DNA of 64,000 nt, taken from IMG/VR virus record IMGVR_UViG_3300045541_000260, positions 5,929 through 69,928 of that record. One strand, given 5' to 3'. A program made the position numbers and the translations under genes. Within the stretch, counting starts at the first letter, position 1, and every line of letters starts with the position of its first letter. This document shows positions 19,054-26,867 of this stretch, piece by piece. Below the pieces are notes generated by a model. It saw nothing but the letters and a program-made list of their open reading frames with translations. It was not told the DNA's origin and searched no databases. This DNA is from a virus.

Positions 19054-19455
19054 ATGTTGACAGAAACTGCTACTGATAATCGTGCTCAATTGATCAGTGA
19101 TGCCATTGCTTTCATGCAAAGCATTGTTCGTCATTACGGCGAAGACAAGGGCATGGCCATGTGGGAACGAATGGCAGACTTTTGCGATCCTGCTCTCAAA
19201 GGAGAAGTGTTCATTGCCATGCTGACTGGGCAGTTCTCGGGTCGTATTACCCTTCATGGTGTTAGTGTTGGTGCCAATGCTGTAGCCTGTATCAAGGCAA
19301 TTCGATCAGTGGATCGTCGGCGTTTGGGCTTGAAGGAAGCCAAGGACATGTATGACGGCTTGAAATTTAGCAGTAAGTCTGCTATAATAGAAGTCGAAAG
19401 CAACCTGCGCGGCCGCGCCGCACAAGAACTTCGTGCCGCAGGATTTGAACTATGA
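19054..19455 (+). CDS. protein with ribosomal L7/L12 C-terminal-like domain
   Basis: VACIKAIR...LGLKEAKD. Confidence 0.65.
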   Translation: MLTETATDNRAQLISDAIAFMQSIVRHYGEDKGMAMWERMADFCDPALKGEVFIAMLTGQFSGRITLHGVSVGANAVACIKAIRSVDRRRLGLKEAKDMYDGLKFSSKSAIIEVESNLRGRAAQELRAAGFEL

Positions 19456-19627
19456 TCAAACCCAGTGATGATAAAAACTTGACGCTAGACGAAATGTTGG
19501 ATTGTTTTCGTAATCCTACTTCGGACAAGCGAAGCATTGCTGAACTAGATGATGTCATCGATGAAATCATTGACCGCAATCCTGAATGGGTTGAGCGAAT
19601 TATGAAGATTGTCGAGGAGCGTAGATC

Positions 19628-19879
19628 ATGAACGAACGAATTTTAGAACTTGCTGACAAAGCTGGTGCCGATATTTGGGACAATCAAGCCTCAGCCGGCA
19701 GTTACTTCAACATTGAAAAATTCGCCGAGTTAATTATCAAAGAATGTGCTAGAGTTGCTAGGGCAACACCTGCTCCTAACTTCCACGAGCATTTGAAACA
19801 ACAATTAGGGCATACTTGGGATATGGCCTCTAGTGAAGCCGGGCGTGAGATTGTAAAACATTTCGGAATTGAATCTTGA
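19628..19879 (+). CDS. hypothetical protein (paralog of 20690)
   Basis: MNERILEL..FAELIIKEC..KHFGIE. Confidence 0.65.
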   Translation: MNERILELADKAGADIWDNQASAGSYFNIEKFAELIIKECARVARATPAPNFHEHLKQQLGHTWDMASSEAGREIVKHFGIES

Positions 19880-20000
19880 AAACTGTATTGGCCTGGATTG
19901 GCGGCTTTGGAATTTTTCTCGCAGTTTTAGGCATGCTAGGGATTGGCAACTTTGTTGTAATGTACAGTCCAGACAAAATTACTTGTACTAAGGAAAGCGA

Positions 20001-20330
20001 ATGAAAATCGGTGAACTTTACGAACACATTGGCAGAATGGTAACTTACGGTGATAAAGATGCCACAGTAGTAATTCAGATCAAACTGCCATACTCTACTG
20101 TAGGGGGAAGCCCTTTTGTCAAGGTAAAGAACGCCCATATGGGGTTCGATTGGGATGCTGGTAAATTCTTTATCGTACCAGAAGAAGATGTTACTCCCAG
20201 CGACCGTGACTTTGCTAAACAGATGCGGGAAATGCAGGAACGGGCAGGCTGGGCAGACTACGAGAATCGCAATCTTAAAGCCGAGATCCGTCAGTTGAAA
20301 AAGAAACTTCAGGAGCAAAAAGGTGAATGA
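20001..20330 (+). CDS. hypothetical protein
   Basis: GFDWD motif; C-terminal coiled coil. Confidence 0.6.
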   Translation: MKIGELYEHIGRMVTYGDKDATVVIQIKLPYSTVGGSPFVKVKNAHMGFDWDAGKFFIVPEEDVTPSDRDFAKQMREMQERAGWADYENRNLKAEIRQLKKKLQEQKGE

Positions 20331-20547
20331 TCCCGTTCGTCAAGCATTTGAAGAAGTGTGCTATCCAAACTTTGGAACGGCACATGGTCTACGCCGCAAG
20401 CCCACAGGGGAATATGTCAGTGACGCACTAGAAGATCACTGGCAGACTTTCCAAGAAGGTTGGGAAGAAGCAATGAATTATTTGAAACAAAAAGACAATC
20501 TGTGTTATACTGATATCGTTAGCACGGGTGGACTGGATCCACGATGA
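20323..20547 (+). CDS. hypothetical protein
   Basis: coupled ORF. Confidence 0.55.
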   Translation: MNDPVRQAFEEVCYPNFGTAHGLRRKPTGEYVSDALEDHWQTFQEGWEEAMNYLKQKDNLCYTDIVSTGGLDPR

Positions 20548-20689
20548 GCAATCTTTGGTTTAATATTCGTTTTGGAACTTATCACTGGCAGTGGGGTCCG
20601 AACGGTATGACTTGGCGTAAGAATTCTTATTGGGTTGAAAATCCATACAGCAAGTGGTTTGTCATTTATTGTATTTTTGGACGACATCT

Positions 20690-20908
20690 ATGAACGAACT
20701 TCTAAAAGAACTACTTCCCAATCCATGGGCAGTTGATTATCAGGAGCCACATGATGGTCGTGGATTCGATCTTTACGATGAAAAGAAAATGATCGAATAT
20801 GGGCACAGGATTATCAGGGAATGTGCTCGAATGCTAGATAGCGATGACACCAGTTATCCCTACGACAGTTTCGGCGATAAACTTAAAAAACATTTTGGAG
20901 TTGAATAA
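20690..20908 (+). CDS. hypothetical protein (paralog of 19628)
   Basis: MNELLKEL..IIREC..KKHFGVE. Confidence 0.6.
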   Translation: MNELLKELLPNPWAVDYQEPHDGRGFDLYDEKKMIEYGHRIIRECARMLDSDDTSYPYDSFGDKLKKHFGVE

Positions 20909-21185
20909 TGATTCGAATTCACTGGCGTGAATGGCCTGCGTATATCGCATGGCGTGTTAGGAAGTTTGTTAAATCACTTAAACTGGGAGTAAAATATGAG
21001 TAAATTTTTCGAATGGTTTGGTCGTAATCGTCGGCCCGTGGGCTATACAATTGGCGGCCTAAATTTGCTGGCTGCGGTCAACTACTATTTTCAAGGTCAA
21101 ACAGGCATGGCTGTGCTGTGGACTGTGATTGGTGCGTTCCTAATTTGGGATGCCGCAGAATACAAATAACCCCCGAGAGAAATAA

Positions 21186-21758
21186 ATGCCTAACTGGTGC
21201 GATAACACGCTCACTCTTACACACGATGATCCTAAAATGATTCATCGTGCGGTAAAAGCCTTTGGTCAAGGAAAACTACTTAACGAGTTTATCCCTGTGC
21301 CTGAGGATCTATTGGAAACTATGTCTGGTAGTTACGGCGACGACGTCAAACAGGCAGAACTAGAAGCTCGGCAGGAGCATAATCGGCAGACTTATGGCTA
21401 TGCTACTTGGTATGATTTTTGTGTTAACGAGTGGGGCACCAAGTGGGATGTTGGCAGCGACGATGGTTCGGCTCACCAATTAGACAAGAACAATGTTAAG
21501 TTTTATTTTCAAAGTGCATGGGCACCTCCTACTGATGCTTACAGAAAGTTAGAAGATTTAGGATTCAGCATTAATGCTTTTTACTATGAGCCCGGTGCTG
21601 CCTTTGCTGGCTGTTACTATGACGGTGAAGATGATTCTTATGACCTTAGCAGCCTTACTTCTAGCAAAGTTGCGGAATTGATACCTGCAGAATTAGATGA
21701 AGAATTTAACATCGTTGAACAAATGGCCGAGTGGGAAGCTGAACAGGAAGATGAGTGA
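21186..21758 (+). CDS. DUF1281/YubB ferredoxin-like domain protein
   Basis: MPNWCDN, WYDFCVNEWGTKWD, F.SAWAPP, YYEPG..FAG. Confidence 0.75.
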   Translation: MPNWCDNTLTLTHDDPKMIHRAVKAFGQGKLLNEFIPVPEDLLETMSGSYGDDVKQAELEARQEHNRQTYGYATWYDFCVNEWGTKWDVGSDDGSAHQLDKNNVKFYFQSAWAPPTDAYRKLEDLGFSINAFYYEPGAAFAGCYYDGEDDSYDLSSLTSSKVAELIPAELDEEFNIVEQMAEWEAEQEDE

Positions 21759-22032
21759 CAGCCCTTCACGCCGTCGCTTTCGCACTTACATTCGAGATGG
21801 TTGGCATATTGTAGATGTGCCCCGCAAGAATCTCTACGACTATACACGGTCCAAAGATTGGGGCAATTCTAAACATTATAAAGAAATTAGAACTTGGTGT
21901 GAGCAGCAGTTTGTCGACGGTAATTGGGATAGTAGAATCTTCTCTAGTGCAGGATCGTCTAAGCCAGGAGTCAAGCAGTTTGCCTTTAAGCATCAAGAAG
22001 ATCTTTTAATGTTTATGTTGATGTGGTCATGA
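21751..22032 (+). CDS. LKWS-family small protein
   Basis: TWCEQQF; ends DLLMFMLMWS. Confidence 0.65.
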   Translation: MSDSPSRRRFRTYIRDGWHIVDVPRKNLYDYTRSKDWGNSKHYKEIRTWCEQQFVDGNWDSRIFSSAGSSKPGVKQFAFKHQEDLLMFMLMWS

Positions 22033-22232
22033 AAGTCACACTACCTTGGGATCCTGAATGGAAGCCGTTAGAATGGGCTAAGGAAAATTGTCCAAGCTAT
22101 ATTATCAGTCTCGAAAATCGAGAAAAAAACAGATTAGTTGTTGTTAATGGTGGTTGGATCAAAGAATATTACATAGACTATTTTTTTAGCGATGAAAAAG
22201 ATGCTACAATATTTGCCTTGAGGTGGTCATGA
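22029..22232 (+). CDS. LKWS-family small protein
   Basis: WAKENCPSYI; ends DATIFALRWS. Confidence 0.7.
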   Translation: MKVTLPWDPEWKPLEWAKENCPSYIISLENREKNRLVVVNGGWIKEYYIDYFFSDEKDATIFALRWS

Positions 22233-22438
22233 CAGCAATTGTTGTTAACGTTGACGGACAAAATGTTGATCTAGCACTAGACTGGGCTAAAGAGCATTGT
22301 TCGAGTTATATCACTAACACTGGAAAGATTGAAGGTGCGTGGAGTGATGACACGGGATACCGATCAGCCAGGATTGTGTATGAATTTCATTTTTACGATG
22401 AGCACGATGCTGCCATGTTTGCTTTGAAGTGGTCATGA
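22229..22438 (+). CDS. LKWS-family small protein
   Basis: WAKEHCSSYI; ends DAAMFALKWS. Confidence 0.7.
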   Translation: MTAIVVNVDGQNVDLALDWAKEHCSSYITNTGKIEGAWSDDTGYRSARIVYEFHFYDEHDAAMFALKWS

Positions 22439-23049
22439 TTAAACTATTAGGTGATCTGCCCGAACAACCTACGATTGCCCTTAGCGGCGGCGTGGATAGT
22501 ATGGCTGTGGCTGATTTTATCGCAAGATCCAGAAGTGTGCGGGCAGCGTTTTTCCACCACGGAACTCCTGCTAGCCATAAAGGGTTTGAACTGGTCTCCG
22601 CATACTGTCAAAAGCGTGGATGGCCATTAGCACTAGGTCGTATTAGCAGTCCAAAAGGTAAAGTTGAGAGTCCCGAAGAGTTTTGGCGTAATCAGCGTTA
22701 TTACTGGTTGGATACATTAGGTGCAGGTGTTATCACTGCACATCATCTTGACGACTGTGTAGAAACTTACTTGTGGTCAATGATGCATGGTACAGCCAAG
22801 ACTATTCCTTATCGTCGCAATAAAGTAATTCGTCCGTTTCTTCTTACTCCTAAAAGTGAACTAGTAGATTGGGCCTCAAGAAACAATGTTCCTTGGGTAG
22901 AGGATGACAGCAATAAAGATTTAAGTTACACTAGAAACTATGTCAGACACGAACTCGTGCCTAAGGCGTTGCATGTGAATCCTGGCTTGCACAAGGTAGT
23001 GGCAAGAAAAGTGGAAGAATACAACGACAGCATTGAAATCAATATTTGA
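22435..23049 (+). CDS. tilS: tRNA(Ile)-lysidine synthetase (minimal, N-terminal domain only)
   Basis: ALSGGVDSM, R..RY, TAHHLDD..ET, IRPFL, W.ED.SN, RNYVRH. Confidence 0.9.
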   Translation: MIKLLGDLPEQPTIALSGGVDSMAVADFIARSRSVRAAFFHHGTPASHKGFELVSAYCQKRGWPLALGRISSPKGKVESPEEFWRNQRYYWLDTLGAGVITAHHLDDCVETYLWSMMHGTAKTIPYRRNKVIRPFLLTPKSELVDWASRNNVPWVEDDSNKDLSYTRNYVRHELVPKALHVNPGLHKVVARKVEEYNDSIEINI

Positions 23050-23064
23050 AGATTAAATACATTC

Positions 23065-23676
23065 ATGGATTATATTGTGGTCGACGATCTAATACCTAAG
23101 ATCGAGCAAAGAAATATCGAAATAGCAGTATTAGAAAAATCAGACATGGAGTGGCATTATTCTCCATATTCTACTTACTCTGATATAAAATTAGTCGACC
23201 AGTTTCGAAAAAATGATCCCAATATATTTGTTGATGCAGGTGGCTCATTTTCGCATGTAATTTACTTCAACAACCTCAATGGACGCGAAATAAAAAGTCC
23301 ATTCTATAATAGTTTCAAAATGATTCCAACTTTCATTGAAAAGAAGTTTAATGTTCAAGTAAATCAGCTGTTGAAAATGAATATCATGCTTACTATGCCG
23401 GATTTCAGATCTGAACATAAATATGGACTTCCGCATGTTGATTTTACTGACTTTCCTGGCGGCAAGACTATAGTTTATTATATTAACAATAGCTCGGGGG
23501 ACACAATTTTATTCAATGAAAAGTTCGAGTCTGAATTTGATACTTCCACTAAAACTATCGGATCACAGGTGTCACCTAAGCGTGGCCGTGCTGTAATGTT
23601 TGATAACCGGCAATATCATGCAGCCAGTAGATCAACAACAAATCATCGAGCAATCATAAACATAAATTTTATTTGA
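23065..23676 (+). CDS. 2OG-Fe(II) oxygenase
   Basis: PHVD, YYIN.S.GDT, YHA, R.IININF. Confidence 0.8.
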   Translation: MDYIVVDDLIPKIEQRNIEIAVLEKSDMEWHYSPYSTYSDIKLVDQFRKNDPNIFVDAGGSFSHVIYFNNLNGREIKSPFYNSFKMIPTFIEKKFNVQVNQLLKMNIMLTMPDFRSEHKYGLPHVDFTDFPGGKTIVYYINNSSGDTILFNEKFESEFDTSTKTIGSQVSPKRGRAVMFDNRQYHAASRSTTNHRAIININFI

Positions 23677-23701
23677 CACAAATAGATAAACTGTATATAA
23701 T
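23673..23701 (+). promoter_or_regulatory. sigma70-type promoter of tRNA operon
   Basis: TTGACA-17-TATAAT. Confidence 0.85.
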
Positions 23702-23713
23702 AGATACTTAGAC

Positions 23714-23747
23714 AGTTAGCAATAACTAAACGCTCTTTAAGAATTTA
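23714..23747 (+). promoter_or_regulatory. rrn-like boxB-boxA antitermination signal
   Basis: AGTTA-GCAA-TAACT GNRA hairpin followed by CGCTCTTTAAGAATTTA. Confidence 0.7.
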
Positions 23748-23834
23748 GCCCGAGTGGTGAAATAGGTAGACACAAGAGACTTAAAATCTCTCGCTCTAAC
23801 AGGCGTGCCGGTTCGAGTCCGGCCTCGGGCACCA
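23748..23834 (+). tRNA. tRNA-Leu(UAA)
   Basis: cloverleaf, long variable arm, CCA. Confidence 0.95.
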
Positions 23835-23849
23835 CATAAATATAGATTT

Positions 23850-23934
23850 GCCCTGGTGGTGGAATTGGTAGACACGCTGGTCTTAGAAGCCAGTGCTTAA
23901 TCGCGTGACGGTTCGAGTCCGTCCTGGGGCACCA
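23850..23934 (+). tRNA. tRNA-Leu(UAG)
   Basis: cloverleaf, long variable arm, CCA. Confidence 0.95.
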
Positions 23935-24078
23935 TATAAAAGTGTTATCAAGGTATCGTGTATGGACGCATACACTATGCGGGCCCAATCGGCCGGAGAC
24001 GGGTCCTGAGATAACTGCATCGGCTGTGGCACGGAACGACCGTACGCCTAAATTTGCACGATAGCACTTTTATATGGT
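23931..24078 (+). ncRNA. structured ncRNA closed by 19-bp terminal helix
   Basis: ACCATATAAAAGTGTTATC pairs with GATAGCACTTTTATATGGT; GC-rich internal hairpins. Confidence 0.7.
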
Positions 24079-24081
24079 AAT

Positions 24082-24158
24082 GCCTCTGTAGCTCAATTGG
24101 TCAGAGCAGCGGACTCATAATCCGTTGGTTAGGGGTTCGAGTCCCTTCGGAGGCACCA
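24082..24158 (+). tRNA. tRNA-CAU, probably Ile2 (lysidine substrate)
   Basis: cloverleaf, loop CTCATAA; two other CAU tRNAs fit Met and fMet, and tilS is nearby. Confidence 0.85.
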
Positions 24159-24165
24159 GAGTTTT

Positions 24166-24255
24166 GGAGCGTGGGCCGGATGGTAAGGCAGCGGATTGCT
24201 AATCCGTACAACGTTTAACGACGTTGATAGGGTTCGACTCCCTAACGCTCCGCCA
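24166..24255 (+). tRNA. tRNA-Ser(GCU)
   Basis: cloverleaf, long variable arm, GCCA. Confidence 0.95.
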
Positions 24256-24261
24256 AGAAAT

Positions 24262-24885
24262 ATGAACGATTCGGTACTAGTCATTGACGATTTTTTTGAC
24301 AAGGAAAAACAAAAATCTCTACAAAGGATTATGGAAATAGATCCGGATATCATCTGGGTTTATGTTCTTAAAACTGTAGCATATAATCATTCTACAACAA
24401 TTAATCAACTGAGAGTTCTAGATAAAAATATCTATCATCCAGGTTTTGGTGTGTTGGTACATCAAGTCTTGGAAAGAGAAAAAATTTTAAGTGCTGAGTA
24501 TTATAATGATTTTTTTGCTGATTTACCAAGCCGCATAGAATCTAAAACCGACATTTCAGTAAACAAACTTCTGAGAGTGAGATTTAATATGTCATTTCCC
24601 ATGAGACAATCTGTTGTCGGTTATGATTTACCTCATTCAGATTCTACTGAAAAAAATGTTATGACTTTCTTGTATTATGTAAACGATTCGGATGGTCCTA
24701 CTACTCTGTTTGATCAACACGATTCCGTTGACGAAAGTTGTCTTTTCGACGAACTAACCATACACAAAAAAATCGATCCAAAACAAGGAAGAGCAATTAT
24801 TTTTGATTCTAATCGTTTACATGCTGGGGCTTGGCCCAGTCAAAATAAACGATTTGTTATAAACGCAACATTTTTAGCAGATTAA
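24262..24885 (+). CDS. 2OG-Fe(II) oxygenase
   Basis: PHSD, YYVNDSDG.T, LHAG, R.VIN; start moved past the tRNA. Confidence 0.8.
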   Translation: MNDSVLVIDDFFDKEKQKSLQRIMEIDPDIIWVYVLKTVAYNHSTTINQLRVLDKNIYHPGFGVLVHQVLEREKILSAEYYNDFFADLPSRIESKTDISVNKLLRVRFNMSFPMRQSVVGYDLPHSDSTEKNVMTFLYYVNDSDGPTTLFDQHDSVDESCLFDELTIHKKIDPKQGRAIIFDSNRLHAGAWPSQNKRFVINATFLAD

Positions 24886-24887
24886 AT

Positions 24888-24962
24888 CTGGCCATAGTAT
24901 AATGGATAATACAGCGGCCTTCTAAGCCGTCAATCCAGGTTCGATTCCTGGTGGCCGGACCA
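24888..24962 (+). tRNA. tRNA-Arg(UCU)
   Basis: cloverleaf, CCA. Confidence 0.95.
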
Positions 24963-24991
24963 GAAATTTTTTAGTGTTTGTTCAAAATTTA

Positions 24992-25020
24992 TTGACAACA
25001 AGACTAAATAATCTTACAAT
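24992..25020 (+). promoter_or_regulatory. sigma70-type promoter
   Basis: TTGACA-17-TACAAT just upstream of tRNA-Thr. Confidence 0.7.
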
Positions 25021-25028
25021 TTAATTCT

Positions 25029-25104
25029 GCTGGATTAGCTCAGTTGGTAGAGCACCCGCCTTGTAAGCGGAAGGTCGTCAGTTCGAACCCGACATCCAGC
25101 ACCA
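25029..25104 (+). tRNA. tRNA-Thr(UGU)
   Basis: cloverleaf, CCA. Confidence 0.95.
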
Positions 25105-25107
25105 AAC

Positions 25108-25308
25108 ACTGGGTTTACACTTTTACCTTAGAAAAAGTGGGCGATTGTCAGAGCCATACTGACAGGGCGAGACTGTTCTTAGCCCCAAGGCCCGCTAACA
25201 TGGGCGACTTGAGAAACACAGTCGGGCAGAGGTGACGCTGACCTAGAATTAAATGTCAACGGACAGGGTAACAACTCAGTTCGGGGCCGAGTGGTGCCGG
25301 TAGCCGAA
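25108..25308 (+). ncRNA. multi-hairpin structured ncRNA of unknown family
   Basis: closing ACTGGGTT/AACTCAGT; stems CACTTTT/AAAAGTG, TGTCAG/CTGACA, GACTGT/ACAGTC, GCCC/GGGC. Confidence 0.55.
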
Positions 25309-25394
25309 CATTTTATTGAAGCATATTCTAACTAATAAAGATTGCGATCGGGGTTGGTTAACAATCAGCACCTTGGGTGTGTTTCAATAAAATG
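25309..25394 (+). ncRNA. long-stem ncRNA, GAAGCACATT/AGTGTGTTTC family
   Basis: CATTTTATTGAAGCATATTC pairs with GGGTGTGTTTCAATAAAATG. Confidence 0.65.
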
Positions 25395-25421
25395 AATTTT
25401 CCAGCAATAGTCCAGAGACTG

Positions 25422-25450
25422 TTGACACAAAAGATAAATAACACTATAAT
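25422..25450 (+). promoter_or_regulatory. sigma70-type promoter of attenuated tRNA operon
   Basis: TTGACACAAAAGATAAATAACACTATAAT. Confidence 0.85.
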
Positions 25451-25457
25451 AGGACAT

Positions 25458-25556
25458 ATGATGAACACATTTGTTAATTATTGCGAACAGTATGAGCAAG
25501 ATCATAAATGGTCACGCTCTCCTATTGGCAGTAATTTCCAGGAGGGTTCGGCATAA
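25458..25556 (+). CDS. putative attenuator leader peptide MMNTFVNYCEQYEQDHKWSRSPIGSNFQEGSA
   Basis: 32-codon ORF directly after the -10 box; 19 different amino acids; last codons form the 5' arm of an antiterminator. Confidence 0.75.
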   Translation: MMNTFVNYCEQYEQDHKWSRSPIGSNFQEGSA

Positions 25557-25594
25557 TCCTATAGTCATATTATAAGATTATCTGAACCCTGGAA
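25536..25594 (+). promoter_or_regulatory. antiterminator hairpin
   Basis: TTCCA.GGGTTCGG.ATAATC.TATAG pairs with TTATA.GATTAT.CTGAACCC.TGGAA, sequestering the terminator 5' arm. Confidence 0.75.
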
Positions 25595-25620
25595 TTAAAA
25601 ACTCCAGGGTTTTTGTTTTT
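25585..25620 (+). terminator. intrinsic terminator (attenuator)
   Basis: AACCCTGGA-loop-TCCAGGGTT then TTTGTTTTT. Confidence 0.85.
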
Positions 25621-25628
25621 ATAAGGAT

Positions 25629-25793
25629 ATGAAGCAAGTAAAATTTAAAGACATAAAACATACTGATTGGTCAAAGCATAGTTCGCTAACAGCTGAACAG
25701 CGTAATCAATTGATTCGTGAAAAGTTGGAACGAGCTAGACTTTGGCATGCAGTATTAAACACGCGAAAGAATGGTCACCACGCCATTTGTTAG
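25629..25793 (+). CDS. small basic protein (54 aa), first gene after the attenuator
   Basis: SD AAGGA; MKQVKFKDIKHTDWSKH... Confidence 0.55.
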   Translation: MKQVKFKDIKHTDWSKHSSLTAEQRNQLIREKLERARLWHAVLNTRKNGHHAIC

Positions 25794-25799
25794 TATCGC

Positions 25800-25912
25800 A
25801 AAGTGTGTATAGGGAACGCGACCCTGCTGGGCACTTAAAACATCTGGCTATTAATGAGGGCGTCCTAGGGGATGAGAAGTTTCGGGCGATAACCGAAATG
25901 GTAAAAACCTAG
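25800..25912 (+). ncRNA. putative structured RNA
   Basis: stems AAGTGT/GCACTT, AGGG/CCCT, CTAGG/CCTAG, TTTCGG/CCGAAA in a non-coding GC-richer island. Confidence 0.45.
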
Positions 25913-25913
25913 C

Positions 25914-25990
25914 GTAGTAAAGCACATTAGACGAATGGATACAATCTGTAGGCATACAGAAGAAACAGAGCGGCTAGTGTGCTTTACTAC
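25914..25990 (+). ncRNA. long-stem ncRNA, GAAGCACATT/AGTGTGTTTC family
   Basis: GTAGTAAAGCACATTAG pairs with CTAGTGTGCTTTACTAC. Confidence 0.65.
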
Positions 25991-26024
25991 ACGCATTTGA
26001 TGTATTGCATTAATAAATAATTTA

Positions 26025-26753
26025 ATGAGTATGATACTAAGAAAATTATGTGCGTTAAACAAGGATCAAATTAATTTTTATGGCACGGAGCTGGGCATTG
26101 ATAGTAGACAATATCAAATCACTTGTTTCGGCGAAGCTTTAAAACATTTTGATAATTATCCTTATAGCATTGAATATAAATGCAATAATCGCGGGTTTCG
26201 TGGCCCAGATTGGCCTACTGACGTTCAAGAACTCAATGATGCTATATGGTGTATAGGCGATAGCTTTACTTTTGGCGTCGGGGTTCCTTACGAACATACT
26301 TGGCCTTATATACTGCGAGAAAAAACGGGTCGCAGAACTATTAATACTTCGGCTAATGGAGTAGGAAATACATGGCTCGTTGAAATTGCCAATGAATTGT
26401 TTACCGAAATAGAACCAAAAATTATGGTACTTCATTGGTCTTATACTCACAGACGAAAAAGACATCTATGGGATTATGCACATTATCAAAATACAACCAT
26501 AGAAGAAGATGCCGATTTACTAATTTCTTGTATTAGAGAAATTGAAAATAATCGGCGAAATGTTAAAATTATACATAGTTTCATTCCAAAATTTCATGGA
26601 GATTGCCAGGCTCTTTATCAAAGGATCCGCAACGAATTTCCTGACATTAACTCTATTCCCTATATTGAGCCAATTGATTACGGCAGAGACAGTCATCATT
26701 ATGATAAACTGACTGCTGAAAAATTTGTTGACAATATCATTGAATTACTTTAA
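26025..26753 (+). CDS. SGNH/GDSL-like hydrolase
   Basis: N..GFRG, GDSFTFG.G, GRDSHH. Confidence 0.65.
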   Translation: MSMILRKLCALNKDQINFYGTELGIDSRQYQITCFGEALKHFDNYPYSIEYKCNNRGFRGPDWPTDVQELNDAIWCIGDSFTFGVGVPYEHTWPYILREKTGRRTINTSANGVGNTWLVEIANELFTEIEPKIMVLHWSYTHRRKRHLWDYAHYQNTTIEEDADLLISCIREIENNRRNVKIIHSFIPKFHGDCQALYQRIRNEFPDINSIPYIEPIDYGRDSHHYDKLTAEKFVDNIIELL

Positions 26754-26781
26754 AATACATCAAGTGCGTTAGAAATTATTT

Positions 26782-26857
26782 GCTCGGTTCGTCTATCGGT
26801 TTAGGACGCTAGCCTTTCACGCTGGAAAGACGGGTTCGATTCCCGTACCGAGTACCA
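26782..26857 (+). tRNA. tRNA-Glu(UUC)
   Basis: cloverleaf, CCA. Confidence 0.95.
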
Positions 26858-26867
26858 AATAAATGAA

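Noticed and set aside
78-22009. Numerous antisense ORFs in the early region (e.g. 2696-3091, 9530-10147, 4638-5078)
   Set aside because: They fully overlap better-supported plus-strand genes that have SD sites and promoters, and show no motifs.
23737-25235. ORF-track entries over tRNAs (23737-23988, 24129-24353, 25044-25235; also 27559, 34413, 46265, 47118, 48315) and N-terminal extensions of 24196, 31757, 32081, 48510, 49232
   Set aside because: They are shadow frames across tRNA/ncRNA genes; true starts were reassigned downstream of the RNAs.
25850-25912. Hammerhead ribozyme (GATGAG...CGAAA)
   Set aside because: Lacks the CUGANGA core and a compatible three-stem arrangement.
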